Assembly: GCF_001194135.2 (NCBI RefSeq) | Contig: NC_068993.1 | Span: 43,536,113 to 43,600,112, forward strand | Direction of reading: 5' to 3' | Source: Octopus bimaculoides | Taxonomy: Eukaryota | Length of the DNA: 64,000 nt | Notes under the pieces: generated by a model | Told to the model about the DNA's origin: nothing | Database searches by the model: none | What the model saw: the letters and a program-made list of their open reading frames with translations, nothing else | Shown here: one piece after another, positions 38,845-52,862 of the stretch | How positions within the stretch are numbered: the first letter of the stretch is position 1 | Layout of the letters: each line of letters begins with the position of its first letter | Program-made: the position numbers and the translations under genes

Positions 38845-39040
38845 GTAACAATTGAGCTATTGGATGTCAATGACAATCCACCTCATTTTAACCACAGTGT
38901 ATATGCCTTGGAGCTAATAGAGAACTTCCCCATTGATTTTGATGTCCTTAAACTTGTTGTTAAAGATCCAGACACTACTGGGTCTTTCCTGCTATCTATC
39001 ACCTCAGGAAATGATGGGACTTTTACCGTTTCCGATTCTG
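38845..39040 (+). CDS. FAT4: Fat/FAT4-like cadherin, internal coding exon (phase 0 to 1): VTIELLDVNDNPPHFNHSVYALELIENFPIDFDVLKLVVKDPDTTGSFLLSITSGNDGTFTVSDSG
   Basis: Acceptor ttttttcctttcag| ends at 38844 and donor |gtaagt starts at 39041; length 196 nt (65 codons + 1). Cadherin Ca-binding motifs DVNDNPP, xExxP and DPD are present. Splices in frame to the 55866 exon. Confidence 0.92.
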
Positions 39041-40389
39041 GTAAGTGTATCTTTTCATTAATCTTCTAATGCCTCTTGATTTTTCATGCCTTCTAATCTG
39101 GCTTCTTCAGCTCATTCCCTTTTAATTCACTTCATTCTAGCTTTGGTATTTATCATCTATTGTTTCCTTATTGCCAACTTAGCAGATTAATCTATTATTC
39201 CATTGTATAATATACACTTAATACCAAAATAAGATTTATCTTTTATACATTGAAAATGAGTCAAATTAATTAGGCTTTCACTGAAATTCTTTGAAAAATA
39301 TTACATCAGAATTAATCCTTTGCATGAAAACTAGAAAATGTTTGGATAAAAGTTAACAGACAAAGAATTAAATATATTAACTCTTTGTCTGTTTTCATGT
39401 AAGCTTTACATACAGCAGCATAACAGTGGTATATACACTCAGCAGACTATTCATTTCGTCTTTTGTGTTTACAGTCTTTACTATGTGATGAAACCTACAG
39501 TCTAAATATATAGTACAGAAATCAGCAGACAAAACAATGTGTGTGTGTGTGTGTGTAAAAAAAATATACATATATAATCAGGACCATTATTTAATTGTCG
39601 TCTAAGGCAACAAGCTAGCAAAACTGTCAGGCAAACTACTTAGAAGCATTTGTTCCTGCTCTTTACATTCTGAGTTCAAATACCACTGAAATCAGCTTTG
39701 CCTTTCAGGGTCAGTAAGATAAAGTACCACTCTGTCTGTCCATCCATCGACTCAGATAAACATTTCATACACACTTGACTATATTCTATCATGGTGGGGG
39801 CCCCTTTCTATAGAAGCTTCAAAAGAACCTTGACCAATTGGGCAACCAGCTATTTTACATTTGATGAGATATTGTTGGTCAAACTTTGTTATCCTCATGC
39901 TTCAGCTTGATGAAATTAATCTACTGTACCAGAAAATCCAAATCTGTTGGATTCTTTTTAACAAATAGAAACCAACCACCAAGTGATGGTAAACCAAACT
40001 CCAGCCCTATCTCCTTTCATTCTCTCCATGTATTAACTAGTTGCACAGATCACCTGTTTCTAGTCTCCTACATGTTTAGTAATGTCTGTTAACGTATTTG
40101 ATACAGTAAGCTAAAAAAAAAAATATTTATCAATTAAAATTTGTTTGCTCACTACACCATGCATGTTGGCACCACTTCACTATTAATGTTTCATGCACCA
40201 GGTGCCCCTAGGTGTTTTTTCTGCAATAATTCTGCATTTCAGTATTCTTTCCTCATGATGTAATCTGGTTACCAGTCAGATGCAATAATGGAAAAGGCTA
40301 AGATACAATTTCCAATCCGGCAGTTCCCTACCTTACATGTTCCCTGCCACATTAGTAAACTATCTCTACTTATTTTGCTGGTTACTTAA

Positions 40390-41046
40390 CCCATTTATTA
40401 TCATATTTCTGTTGAAATACACTACTTTCATTTCAGTTAATCATCATCATCATCATCATCGTTTAACGTCCGCTTCCCATGCTAGCATGGGTTGGATGAT
40501 TTGACTGAGGACTGGTGAACCAGATAGCTACACCAGGCTCCAATCTGATTTGGCAGAGTTTCTACAGCTGGATGCCCTTCCTAACACCAACCACTCCGAG
40601 AGTGTAGTGGGTGCTTTTATGTGCCACCGGCACGACGGCCAGTCAGGCAGTACTGGCAACAGCCACGCTCAAAATGCTGTATTTTATGTGCCACCTGCAC
40701 AGGAGCCAGTCCAGCGGCACTGGCAACGATCTCGCTCGAATGTCTTTATCAAAAATAATAAGGAATTTAGTAAAATAGCTTTGATGCTGTTAAGCCAGTG
40801 AAGAGGTTTAAATTTAGATCACTTTAACACTTCTGTTACCATATCCCTGTTGAAATACACTGCCTTTGTTTCAGTCGATTTTGAAAATAATGGAGAATTT
40901 AGTAAAATAGCTTTGTCATTATTAAACTGGTGTTTGGAAGATAAATTAACATGAAATTTCAACAGGTTTTAATTTAGCTCACTTTAAAACAGGAAGTTTA
41001 TCTCATCGAACTAGAGGTGGTCTCAGGTGAGTTGGTATCAAAAGGG
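40390..41046 (+). mobile_element. piggyBac-type MITE family 2 composite: outer left part with a family-B insertion, plus a complete inner copy at 40828-41046
   Basis: TTAA|CCCATTTATTATCA at 40390; junction TAGATCACTTTAA|CACTTCTGTTACCA at 40828; right end TGGTATCAAAAGGG|TTAA at 41046. Confidence 0.75.
40442..40745 (-). mobile_element. Family B short retroposon (RTE-type 3' UTR, (GAT)n tail), well-preserved copy inserted in a MITE
   Basis: Plus strand (CAT)6 then cgtttaacgtccgcttcccatgctagcatgggttgga...ctacagctggatgcccttcctaac. Related copies occur near 6580, 7510, 26370, 26830, 36500, 36850, 42060, 46700, 54230, 55465, 58970, 61385 and 62280. Confidence 0.8.
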
Positions 41047-41129
41047 TTAATGACCCCCCTCCTTTACCCGGTCAAGTGAAATACCATTTGGTATTGCTCC
41101 CTCCCCTTCAGTAGAAGAGCATCTCAGGA

Positions 41130-41370
41130 CTCTTCTCACTCTCATTGCATCTGTTCCAGGGATCTGGTTGGCAGAATGTAGCTTAATGTATTATACTAAC
41201 CACTCAAGTATTTGTTGTAATCAGACATCTAGTTCCAAAGAGCAGAAGCTGTTGTAGTAGTTGTAGAAAAGGCTGTGTGAGGAGACAGCATGTCTATTGG
41301 TCAGAGGTTGGAGTGTGTCAGTGATGATTCCAAGCTAATCAGTTTGAAGGCCTTTAGGCATTAACATAAG
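41130..41370 (-). mobile_element. Degenerate CR1/Jockey-group LINE, C-terminal ORF2 fragment
   Basis: The minus strand reads KAFKLISLESSL then, after a frameshift, LQPLTNRHAVSSHSLFYNYYNSFCSLEL...ILPTRSL. This resembles the recalled LQPLSHRRNVASLSLFYRYY.G.CS.EL...F.P.TSRLWN motif. Confidence 0.55.
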
Positions 41371-44300
41371 ATGTCTATGAGGGTGTAGTAGTTGTAGTAG
41401 TAGTAGCAGCAGCAGCTCCAATGTTGGGGCTGTGAATATAAAATAATGATTCCTGATATTTATGGCTCAAAACCTAAAATATAAGTTAAGGGATAGATAG
41501 AGATGTTTCTATTGACCCCAGTACTTGACTGGATATTGATCAGGCTCTATGATAATCACTATGCCCAGTCCTTCCTTCTCAGAAATGTGATCCCTCTGGA
41601 ATTCCCTTCCTGCTCTTGTCTTTCCTGCAAATGTTGACTTACAAATGTTCAACAAGAACATTAATAGCCTCACTTTCACCAGTCTAGAAGACTCTGCAAA
41701 AGCCATGGTTGACTTTGCCTTTCATCCTTTCGGGGTTGAAAAATTAAGTACCAGTTGCATATTGGGGTCAATCTAATCAACTGGATCCCTCCCCAAAAAT
41801 TTTGGGCCTTGTGCATAGAGTAGAAAGAAGGGAAAAGAAGCCTTGAACATTGTCTCTTCCTCTAAACTCACCAAGTAAAAAGCAAAATTAAAATTCTCTT
41901 ACATACAGAATTCTGCTTAATTCACCTATTCACTTGACTTAAAGGGTTGTTTTGCCATCTGCATGAGGTTCATTCACACTGTATCCTCTGTAAGCTAATT
42001 AATCTCTTAGTCTTCCCTTCCATTTATAGAAAAAAAAAAGCAATTTCTTAACCCCTATATCATTTCCACTATTGACATCCACATTCACATCCACTTTTAC
42101 ATGCTTGCATGTGTCAGATGGATTTCTCTGGTCTGAAGCCCCCCTCTTGTCACCAATCTTCAATCTTCACCTATTTCTAAACAAGGTGATATTTTCCCAT
42201 AAGTAGACGTTTTTCATAGAAGACTACAAACAAAGAACTTGTATGATGGTGACGCTTGTTTACAGCCATCACATAACGTCAAGACAAGGAGATGAACACA
42301 CACAACAGGTTTCTTTCAGTTTCAGTCTATCAAATCCACTCTGACTTTTGGTCAGCCTGGGGCTATAATAGAAGACACTTTGCCTAAAGTGCAACACAAT
42401 AGGATCGAACCTGAAACCATCATGATTGCGAAGCAAGCTTCTTAACCACACAGCCATGCCTGTACAATTGCATAAGTAGTTGTAAATAGCTCAGTCTTTT
42501 GGGGGGACTTGTGTGTTATCATTCATGAAATCACATCCATCCTATCTTCATTTCAATGTTGCACACATTAAGCACCAACACTTGTCATCATAAGCAGCTA
42601 ATCCTGATATCTGGGATATCTATGGAAACTTTCAAGTGAAATTCTAACACCCTTTTTACTAGGATTCAATTTGCTTCTTTTATTCTCCATAAGCAGCATT
42701 CTTTTTTGATCTTTTTTGCTAAATACTTTGAATCTTTCAGGAAAGGTTGTTTTTTTTTTGCTGTTTGTTCTTCTTTTCCCCTTGTTCTTCCACTGGGCTT
42801 ATTTTCTCTCCTCCCTAAATTCCTGTATTGTCTTTCCACCTGTTCTTCTAAAGCAGTAATAGCATCCTCATGTTCCTCTATATTCACTCTTAATGTCTTT
42901 CTCAATTGATTCACTTAAGTAAAGTGATATATCTTGATATTGGCAATGTTTGATCTCGTAACCTTTTACTTCGAAACTGTCATGTCTGAAGCATTTTACA
43001 TATTTTTTTATGTTAGCATTTTTTTTTTGTTAAAACTCAATATGTGTGTGTGTGTATATGCATATATATATGTGTGCATGTGTGTGTATGTATATATATA
43101 TGTGTGTGTGTGTGTTTGTATATGTGTGTATGCTTTTGTATATATGTAGATATATATGTTTCTCTTTTATATTAGCAGTGTTTCTGTATTATTATTATAT
43201 AACAGGTCTTTTATATATCAGTAATTGGTTCTATTATATAACAGATCTGATCATAGATTCCTTATCCTCTCCTCAATAGATCAATTTCAGCAATGCTTGT
43301 TTTGCAAATCAAATTATTAACTGTCATTATTTGTTACAGCTTCTAATATTTCATTCCCTCATTCTGAAACATCTATGTTACACAACTGCTGTATTAGAAA
43401 TTCCATTTGCTGTTCTTTGCTATAAAATGTTCAATATCAGATTGTTAAACCTGTGTGTGCCTCCTTACTAAACCATTAAGATCTTATTCTGGAAAACTGA
43501 AGTTTCTTCATGTGCATCCCCATATTCAGATAACAAATTTGGTTATCCAGGTTTAGAATGATCCTGAACAATCAATGCAATTGATGTTGAGCTTTTACAA
43601 TACTTAATCATTTTCCTTTTTTTTTTTTCCTTTTTTGTTGTGGTTTTATTTATTTATATTTTTTCCTGTGTTCTTGGATCTTGACATGTCCATAAGACAA
43701 AAGAAATTATCATCATTAAGATTCTTCTTAAACACTGAGAGAATTTAAGGAAATACTGATGCTGTTAGTTTACATTCTTGTATTAATATGAATTGGTCGT
43801 ATTTGAGGTGTCCAACTTCTTTTTCAAAAATACAGGAATTGAACTGAAGAAATGTACAGAAAAATCTCTGAGTTTTTGATATATAGCCATTCTTAATTCT
43901 TATTTAAAGACAAATAAAATAGAGGGAAAGAAAAATAAAGGAAAGTTAGCTGTTTACAATATTAATGTTAAATGTTCTCTCATGTTCTTGTGTTCTATAA
44001 AGTATTGGTTTATTTCACATTTATTTGGTATTCATGGAAATAACAGGAAAACGTCAAAGAAAATACAAGCCTGAATTGATAAATATTTAAGAAAGAAATC
44101 AGGTTAATTAAATCTTTGTTACATCGTATTATCTGAATTTTTAGGGGAGGGTAGAGGGAGGAGGGAGTGGACTGGAAGACAAAGAGAGGGAGAGGTTGTA
44201 AATTGAAACCTAGTTAAGAAACATGCAAGATGAAATTAAATTATAATCAAAACAAACAATTTATTTCTAAGATATTTTTAACACATGTTATTGACCTCTG

Positions 44301-44859
44301 CAATTCTCACCATAACTTCTTAAGTCTTATATGATTGGCTAAGACTGTCTTATAAATAAATAAGCAGACAAAGGGTTTTGAAATTATTATTATCATTATT
44401 ATTATTATTTAATTAAATACTTAATATAAATCTGGGGTCATTTATGTATTTCATTATTTAAAATAATCTTATTAGCATTCATTTAATTATTACAGTTATT
44501 TTTTCTTTTGATTTTTTTTCTTTTTTGCTTCTTTTCTTCAGATTTATTAAATTTTTCGATTCTCTGAACAGCTCTAAAATCTGGTTTGAAGAGCTGCTGG
44601 GGTTTTTTAAAATTAAGTTTGAGATATTAAAGTTGTAGCAAAACTATATTTTTTAGACTCTTTTTATTATTATTATTTGTATTTGCTAATGGCAAACTTG
44701 TTTAGATTACATTTAATTTCTTCACAATATCTTGTATCTCTTAATTATAGAAGGTGGAATTCTCTAGAATATCGAAACCAATCCAACAGTTTATTGGATT
44801 TTAATAATTAATTGTTATACTCCATTTTTATATATACATATGCACTTATACATGCATAT

Positions 44860-44863
44860 ATGC

Positions 44864-44912
<49 letters not shown>

Positions 44913-44940
44913 ACACACATATACATGCTTATATACATGC

Positions 44941-45008
<68 letters not shown>
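44860..45008. repeat. Compound (TA)n(CA)n(TA)n microsatellite
   Basis: Direct reading. Confidence 0.95.
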
Positions 45009-45509
45009 GCAAACATGAAACTTTTAATTGGGGGGACCTTCTAGTTTTATGCTAACACAACCAATTAGACAGTATTATAATTTGATAAGATGCTATGCTG
45101 CAGTCTTTTTACATATCCTTCGCTAATTACCTCTTAATTATCGATTTAATATCTGTTCTAAATTATACAGCAACAAAGCACTAATAATGATGGTCTTTTG
45201 ATTCTGATATATTCAGGTGTTAATTCACAGAATATAAAGTATGGAGAAATTAGAAATTCCAGGTTGGTGTTGATCATGCAGTAAGGGCCCTTGGGAGTAA
45301 AAGTGTTCCTTAGTTCTCATTAATCTTTAAATGGTGGGAAAAGGTTAACATGAATGCGTGTACCAAATGTGGACAAGAATATCTTTTTTTCTTAATGGTA
45401 ATTTTTATATTTATTTTCACTTTAAATAAGTACAAAAACTATGATAATGATATTTTAATTCTCTTAGATTGTAAAGATAATGACAAAAAGGCAATAAAAT
45501 CACTTGAGT

Positions 45510-45914
45510 ATAAATTCATTTGAGATTCCTGCATTGTTGTTGTGAAACGAATCTACAAATGGAGAAAAACTGGCGCACTTTTTTCCATCTACAGCTAGTT
45601 GAAGTATCACTTTCTTCTGTTCTATCTAGAGCATCAGCATCAGCCTCATCTGATGATGAAGGAAAAGCTGAAAAACTTCACTGCTGTATAAATCTTCCAT
45701 TTGCAACTAGATTTCTTCCATCAATTAGAGCCACTTGAACTTAGGCACAATTGACGAAGTAGACGTTTAGGCATCAATTGATGGTTACCATAGCCATGTA
45801 AAATTTTTGAAACATCAATTGATAATGTCTGCTTTTCACTAATGAAACATCAATTTATGATGTCCGCTGTTCTCTAATGAAACATAAAAACTGATGCTGT
45901 CTGCCATCTAAGGG
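45510..45914 (-). mobile_element. Probable piggyBac-like transposon left end with subterminal repeats and decayed transposase N-terminus
   Basis: The minus strand begins TTAA|CCCTTAG (TTAA at 45915-45918), then three 35-bp tandem units (45809-45905) and CAATTG-cored palindromes. An ATG near 45700 opens a frameshifted acidic stretch, MEDLYSSE..SAFPSSSDEADADALDRTEESDTSTSCRWKK. No right end was found. Confidence 0.45.
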
Positions 45915-46450
45915 TTAAAGCTTGTCTCTGGAAGTGAAGGTTATTTCAGTATAAAACCTCAGGAATACTATTTGGAGAAATCACGGGATTGGAATAATGT
46001 GCTGCATTTTTCTGCTATCAGCTTTTCCAAAAATTGTGGCTGGTCCCAGACAATCATTCATCACTTTAATCAAATCATGTGCTTAGGTAGTCAAATGGTT
46101 CTGTCATTATGTGTTTCACTAGAGACACAAAGATCAGAACTGATTAGTTTTTTTCTGAACCATTGGACCATCCTACATTAAAACCAGTGGTAGAGGACAT
46201 CATTAGAATATTTGACTGACCTTTAAATTTTCTCAGTTTCTAAGATGACGAATTACTATTGTTCTAGCTCTTTGTGTTCTGAGTTCAAATCCTACCATGG
46301 CCAGTTTTCCCTTTCATTCTTTCAGGATTGATAAAATAAAGTTCTAGTCAAGTAACAGAGTTGATGGTTACAACAAACTTCGTTACCATCAAAATTGCTG
46401 ACCTTGTGCCTAAATAAGAAGCAATTATTAATAATAGCTAAATAAGAAGC

Positions 46451-46536
<86 letters not shown>

Positions 46537-47159
46537 CAAGCATAGCTGTGTGCTAAAGTTCATTTCCCTACCACATGGTTTTGGATTCATTCCCCTGCAT
46601 GACACCGTGGGTAAAGTATCTTCTACTATAGCCTTGAGCTGACCAAAGCCTTATGAGTGGATTTCATAAGAAGAAGCTCATTGTATACATTTGTATGTGT
46701 GTTTGTGTTTTGTTTCTCCTCGTTTTAACCTCATTTGAGTGGTATCCCTTGTTTTCAATCTTTTGCGAAAAGATGCATGATTGTGAAGAAATATTTATTT
46801 GCTTGGAAACGAGTGAGGACTGGCAACAAGAAGGACATCTGGTCATAGAAAATCTGCCTCAACGAATTTTGTCTGACCTATGCAGGCATAATGAAGTGGA
46901 CGTTAAAATAATGCTGATGCTGATGTTGATGCAGCGAGCTGACAGAATTATTAGAATGTCAGGAAAACTGCTTTTGCAGTATTTCCTCCCATTCTTTACA
47001 TTCTGAATTCAAACCCTGCCAAGACCAAATTTATCTTTCATCCTTTTTGGGAGTAAAATAAAGCACCACTCAAGCTCTGGGGTCAATTGTATCAACTTGT
47101 ACCTTCTCCTCAAAACTGTCAGCCTTGCAGTTGTGTGTGTGTGTTTGTCTTGTTTTTGC

Positions 47160-47548
47160 CTCTTTACCTCTTTCAGTCATTACACTGTGGCCATGCTGCA
47201 GCACCACTTCAAGGAATTTTAATCAAACAAGTCAACCTCAGTACATATTTTTTTTAAGCCTCGCACTTATTCTATCAATCTCTTTTGGTGAACCAAGTTA
47301 TGGAGACATAATGACATGAACACCAGTTGTCAAGCCATGGCAGGGGGTCAAACTCAGACACGCACACACACATGTGATTGTGCATATATACATATATGAT
47401 GGACTTCTTTCAGTTTCCATCTATCAAATTCACCCACTGGGCTTTGGTCGGCCCAGGACTCTTGCTCAAGGTGCCATGCAGTGGACATAAACCTGAAACC
47501 ACGTGGTTGGGGAGAGAACTTCTTACCACACAGTTATGCCTATGCCTC
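47160..47548 (-). mobile_element. Family C SINE, full length
   Basis: tttcagtcatt tail through cttcttaccacacagttatgcctatgcct head, read on the minus strand. Confidence 0.75.
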
Positions 47549-47904
47549 TATTTATAAATATACACACAAACACACACATATACTAACATAATTCAGTCTA
47601 ATGTCTTTATTGTTGTTCTGATAGTAACATTTCAACCAGGGTACCTTCTTGCCTTCTTCAGGTTCCTTTTGTATTCTGTAATGTTCTTGGAATTTCAAAC
47701 AACATCCTAGGGGTAGATTGATTGTTGTCATTCCGTTGATCATACCTGAGGTATTCCGTTAATAATTCTACTATATATGATGTCATCCAAACCAAAGCAT
47801 ATATCATCTGTCTGAATCAGAGATGAAACTCCTGTTAATTAGCTAATGCTACTACATGTAACACTTAATCAATTTTTATATTCACCATCAGTATATAACA
47901 ATGT

Positions 47905-48285
47905 TTTCTGAATTAGGCACAAGACCAGCAATTCTGATGAAAGGGGATTTAAATGATGCCATCAACTCCAGTCCTTGACTGGTACTTTATTTTATCAACC
48001 CTGGAGGAATGAAAGGTGAAGTTGACTTAGAAAGGATATGAACTCTGAATATAAAATGCTAAAGAGCCAGAACAAGTATTGGCTTCAAATTTTGCCACTA
48101 GGCCAGCAAGTTCAGGAGAGGGGATAAGTGATTACATTCACCCCAATGTTCAACTAGTACTTATTTTATTAACCCCAAAAAGGATGAAAGCCTCAATGAA
48201 ATTTGAACTCAGAACGTAAAGAAGATGAAATGCTACCAAGCATTTTGACTGGCATGGTGATAATTCTGCTAGCTCACCATCTTAG
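47905..48285 (-). mobile_element. Two tandem family A SINEs (about 47905-48060 and 48075-48285)
   Basis: Two reverse-complement copies of the family A body. Further partial family A copies are seen near 4230, 30820, 39605, 41700, 46250, 46930, 54990 and 57010. Confidence 0.72.
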
Positions 48286-49881
48286 AGTCAGAACAAATAT
48301 TGCAAAACAGCTATTAAGTTTGAGACTTTTTTTCCTTTCTTTCTTTTAGAATGAGGGGAGATTAACCCAAAGAGTTCAGTACCAAAATATACTAATAGTT
48401 TTAAAAGATTTTCTTCTACTTCTAGTTTTCAACCAATGTTTTCGACCTATGTTAACACAGCACCTAGCTGTCAGCTAATACCTACCATGACACAGCTCTC
48501 CTAGTTGCTGGTTAATACTTGATAAAATTCCTTGTGTCAGCCAAAATTTAGACACAGCTCCTCTTCTCACACAGGATTCTAGGCAGTCACCTTGCTGTTA
48601 CTTTCATTACTCAGACTTCAACCCTATCTAATTGGTATCTCTACCACCACCATCTTCTATATGTTGTGGTCATTCTCCCCTTAAAACTACTCGTTTCTCA
48701 GCCACTACCTTAAGAATAGCTCCTCAATCAAATTGCTTTGTTACTTTTATCCCAATTTGCTTTATACAATGGTAACTTAGTTAAATATATATTTATATAA
48801 TTTACTGTCTTCTTCGTTCATCGGAGATTACAGTGTCAAGACGAAACCATGTCTGTTGCTTGCATTAGAGCTCATTCTATTCAGTTATGATAATTACATA
48901 TCAACCAGAACTAGTTGCTATGCAAAGCATAAAATTATTGTTTATGCTTTTACTACTGTCCACACTTAGCTAAAGGGTCGTAAAAATCATTGACTTGAAT
49001 TGACCTGCTTTATAAATAGCTCTTTCTCCAACTTTCTACCAAATTAGTAACTATAAAACTTGCCCATATGCATATGGATGTACACACAGTCACACATACA
49101 CAATTGTATATGCGTGTTTATGTGTGCATACATGCATGTTTAATTGAAATGCTATCTAAATTATGCCTCATCTAATTTATCACCAACAATAAGATAAAAT
49201 ATCATTATTGACGAATATCTGTAATTAGGATCTAAATTGATCTTTCAACTATATTTTCAATGAATATTTAAGAATTATTAATTCTGCTATTAAATTTCTT
49301 AACTTTTATTTTCTACTTAGTTTGTTTATTTGCTTTGGTTGCTTTTGTTGCTTTCTTTTTTTTTATGTAATTTTTTTTTTTTACTTTTATAAATAAACAA
49401 TTTTAAAGATAATCATTTTCTTATTTTTTTTACATTTTTTTTTTGTTTTGTTTTTGTAAAATAATCAGAAATGATTTTACCATGTTCATTGACTATTTGG
49501 CTACGGCTTCTGTGAAAAATCTTTTCCAGCATTATCTTGCATGCATATAACTTAACTCTAGCAGTGATGTTATGTAAGAAAATTTCCTGCTTAAATTCAG
49601 AAAACATTGATAATGCGTTTTGCAATAAAGTTTCACATTTAATAGATATAAATATGTCACCCTTGAAACAAACAAAAATAAAAATAAGAATTCATTTTGA
49701 TGGAAAAAAATGTATTTGGCAATTGAGAAAAATTTATCCATGTTTCCTCCTTTTATTAAATAAACTTAGAAATTTTCTACAGATTCATCAACATGTATAC
49801 ATATATATATATGTACATGTATATGCTTATATATACACACACACATATATATGTGTGTATATTTCTACCTGTACATATGTA

Positions 49882-49922
<41 letters not shown>

Positions 49923-49927
<5 letters not shown>

Positions 49928-50237
49928 TGTATGATAGGAAGTTTGCTTCCCAACCAAATGGTTCTAGGTTCAGTCCCACTGTGATGCATCTTGGGCAAGA
50001 GTCCCCTCTACTGTAGTCTTGAGCTGACTAAAGTGTTGTGAGTGGATTTGGTAGATGGAAACTGAAAGAAGCCCATTGTATATATGTGCATATGTCGCTG
50101 TTTGCACACACACTGCTTGACAACTGGTGTTGGTGTGTTTATATCCTCATAACTTAGCAGTTCAGCAAATGTGCCTAATAGAATAAATAACATCAAGTTG
50201 GTGCCCCAGCATGGCCACAGTGTTATGACAGAACCGA
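49923..50237 (+). mobile_element. Family C SINE
   Basis: tggctgtatgataggaagtttgcttcccaacc head through ggtgccccagcatggccacag. Confidence 0.75.
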
Positions 50238-51361
50238 GTATGTATGTATATATAACTGCAATTAAATGTGAAACTTTAAAAGGAAATTTTTATTGTAGAA
50301 TTCATACGTGCTTATGTTATTCATACTGGACTAAGAATGCAGAAGAAACTAATGCTCCCCACCCACCTCCTCACCATATTAAGCCATGTTGTTTCATCTT
50401 GATAATGGTATTTAATGCAAAACTTTTTGAAGTTATCACTTTTACTTTGATATAATCTGAAAGTAAATTTAATTAAAAATTTACTTTATAATAATCATAA
50501 ACAATTTGTTTTGTGGAGCGGTAACTTACATCCCCCCTCCAGCCCTCCTTTTTTCTATTACGTTTCAAAATCAAATTAAAAATTGAATATACACTCTTTT
50601 GGTAAGCAGAATTCCTGTACGCATTGCTTTCAAGATATAAGAGTTTCTTATCTTTACATAATTTTAAAAATCTTAAAATCTTTGATAATGAATAGAGAGA
50701 ATCGTGTAGATTTAGAGCAAGGATTGTGAAATTAATATTGAGTGCTAAGGATGTTGTATGGCCAAAATGAAAAAAAAAAAAAGAAAAGAAAACAATGACA
50801 AAAATTTACATTTGGAATGCAGCGCACTTTTGCGATTGTGTAGAGGCTGAGATTTTAATCTTTACATTCAAATGAAGAAATTACTTTGAAATTAATGTTT
50901 TCACTTCACTTGAATTTTCTAAAGACTTGAATTATATTTTTAAATATATGCACTGCACTAGGTGGGTATCCTTTTACAATAACTTGAGAATCATTGCTGT
51001 TGGTGTGCCTATAACATAATCAATCAAATTTGTTCTTGGATTGGTTTCATTCTTTAAATTGTGGCCTTCACATTTAATTGCAGTTATATATATATATATA
51101 TTTACTTGGTTCTGTTACAACACTGTGGCCATTTTGATTATATCAACCCACCCACACTCCCCAGTACTTTCTCTCAAACTTATTTTTCTATTCAATCTCT
51201 GTAGAAATGTCAGGAAACTTATGCTTGGAGTAAAAGTGGAGATAGTTTAGTGAGACATAAATACCTCATTGTATTTTTGCTTGCCATATCTGTGTGGTTC
51301 AGAACCTGCTGATATAAACAGACGCACACACACATTACATTACATATATATATGTATGTAT

Positions 51362-51829
<468 letters not shown>

Positions 51830-51847
51830 AACACACTCACATATATT

Positions 51848-52165
51848 TCATCATCATTTAACTTCTGCTTTCATGCTAGCATGGGTCAGGCAGTGTGACC
51901 AGAGCTGGTGAGGTCAGGGGCCAGCACCAGGCTCCACTGTCTGTTCTACCATGGCTTCTATGGCTGGATGCCCCTCCTGAAGCCAACCACTCCATAGAGT
52001 GCACTGGGTATTTTTTATGTTCCTCCAGCACCAGTATCAATTCTGCTTGAGTACAGCAAGGCGCTGGATATCTGAATCCTTCGTTATCTCCTTCGTAAGG
52101 CTCAGTATCTTGAGATCAGTTTTCAATACTTCATCCCATGTCTTCCCAGGTCTCCATCTTCCACA
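51848..52165 (-). mobile_element. RTE-clade LINE 3' fragment with (GAT)n tail
   Basis: The minus strand reads DGICGRWRPGKTWDEVLKTDLKILSLTKEITKDSDIQRLAVLKQ, then a family-B-type UTR ending ttaaatgatgatga. Confidence 0.72.
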
Positions 52166-52177
52166 AATTCCATCAGA

Positions 52178-52212
<35 letters not shown>

Positions 52213-52213
<1 letters not shown>

Positions 52214-52401
52214 TCTTTTATTCTTTTACTTGTTTCAGTCATTTGATTGTGGCCATGCTGGGGCACTGCCTTTAGTCAAGCAAATCGACACCACGACTTA
52301 TCCTTTGTAAGCCTAGTACTTATTCTATCGGTCTCTTTTGCTGAACCATTAAGTTACAGGGACGTAAACACACCAGCAATTGGTTGTCAAGTGATGTTAG
52401 G

Positions 52402-52456
<55 letters not shown>

Positions 52457-52652
52457 GTATGTATATATATATATATATATACACATACACACACACCAGG
52501 CTTCTTTCAGTTTCTGTCTACCAAATCCACTCACAAGGCTTTGGTCAGCCCAAGGCTATAGTAGAAAACACTTGCCCAAGGTGCCACGCAGTGGTACTGA
52601 ACCTAGAACCATGTAGTTGGTAAGCAAGCTATTTACCACACAACCACTCCTC
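52213..52652 (-). mobile_element. Family C SINE, well-preserved copy with internal (CA)n(TA)n
   Basis: Tail ttcttttattcttttacttgtttcagtc, head aagcaagctatttaccacacaaccactcc, internal array about 52405-52495. Confidence 0.82.
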
Positions 52653-52802
52653 ACAAAATGTTGCATGAAACTCTCAGTCTTTGAGTCACTTTTGTAACTT
52701 TCTGAAAATTAAAAATAAGAATACATACTCATGTATTGAGTTCCATTTATCATGTTCATTCCATTGAACCTATACATGTGTGTGTGTGTGTGTTCTTAAT
52801 GC

Positions 52803-52862
<60 letters not shown>

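Noticed and set aside
42666-42914. Coiled-coil-like ORF (IEEHEDAITALEEQVE...) suggesting a LINE ORF1
   Set aside because: Could be explained by the purine-rich composition; no RRM or zinc-knuckle continuation and no adjacent ORF2.
45217-45262. 46-nt AG...GT cryptic exon candidate in the long intron
   Set aside because: Weak pyrimidine tract, would shift the frame, and the flanking exons already join into a complete cadherin repeat.
52805-52858. T54 run as the poly(A) tail of a retrocopy
   Set aside because: No polyadenylation signal, coding remnant or TSD on the adjacent side.
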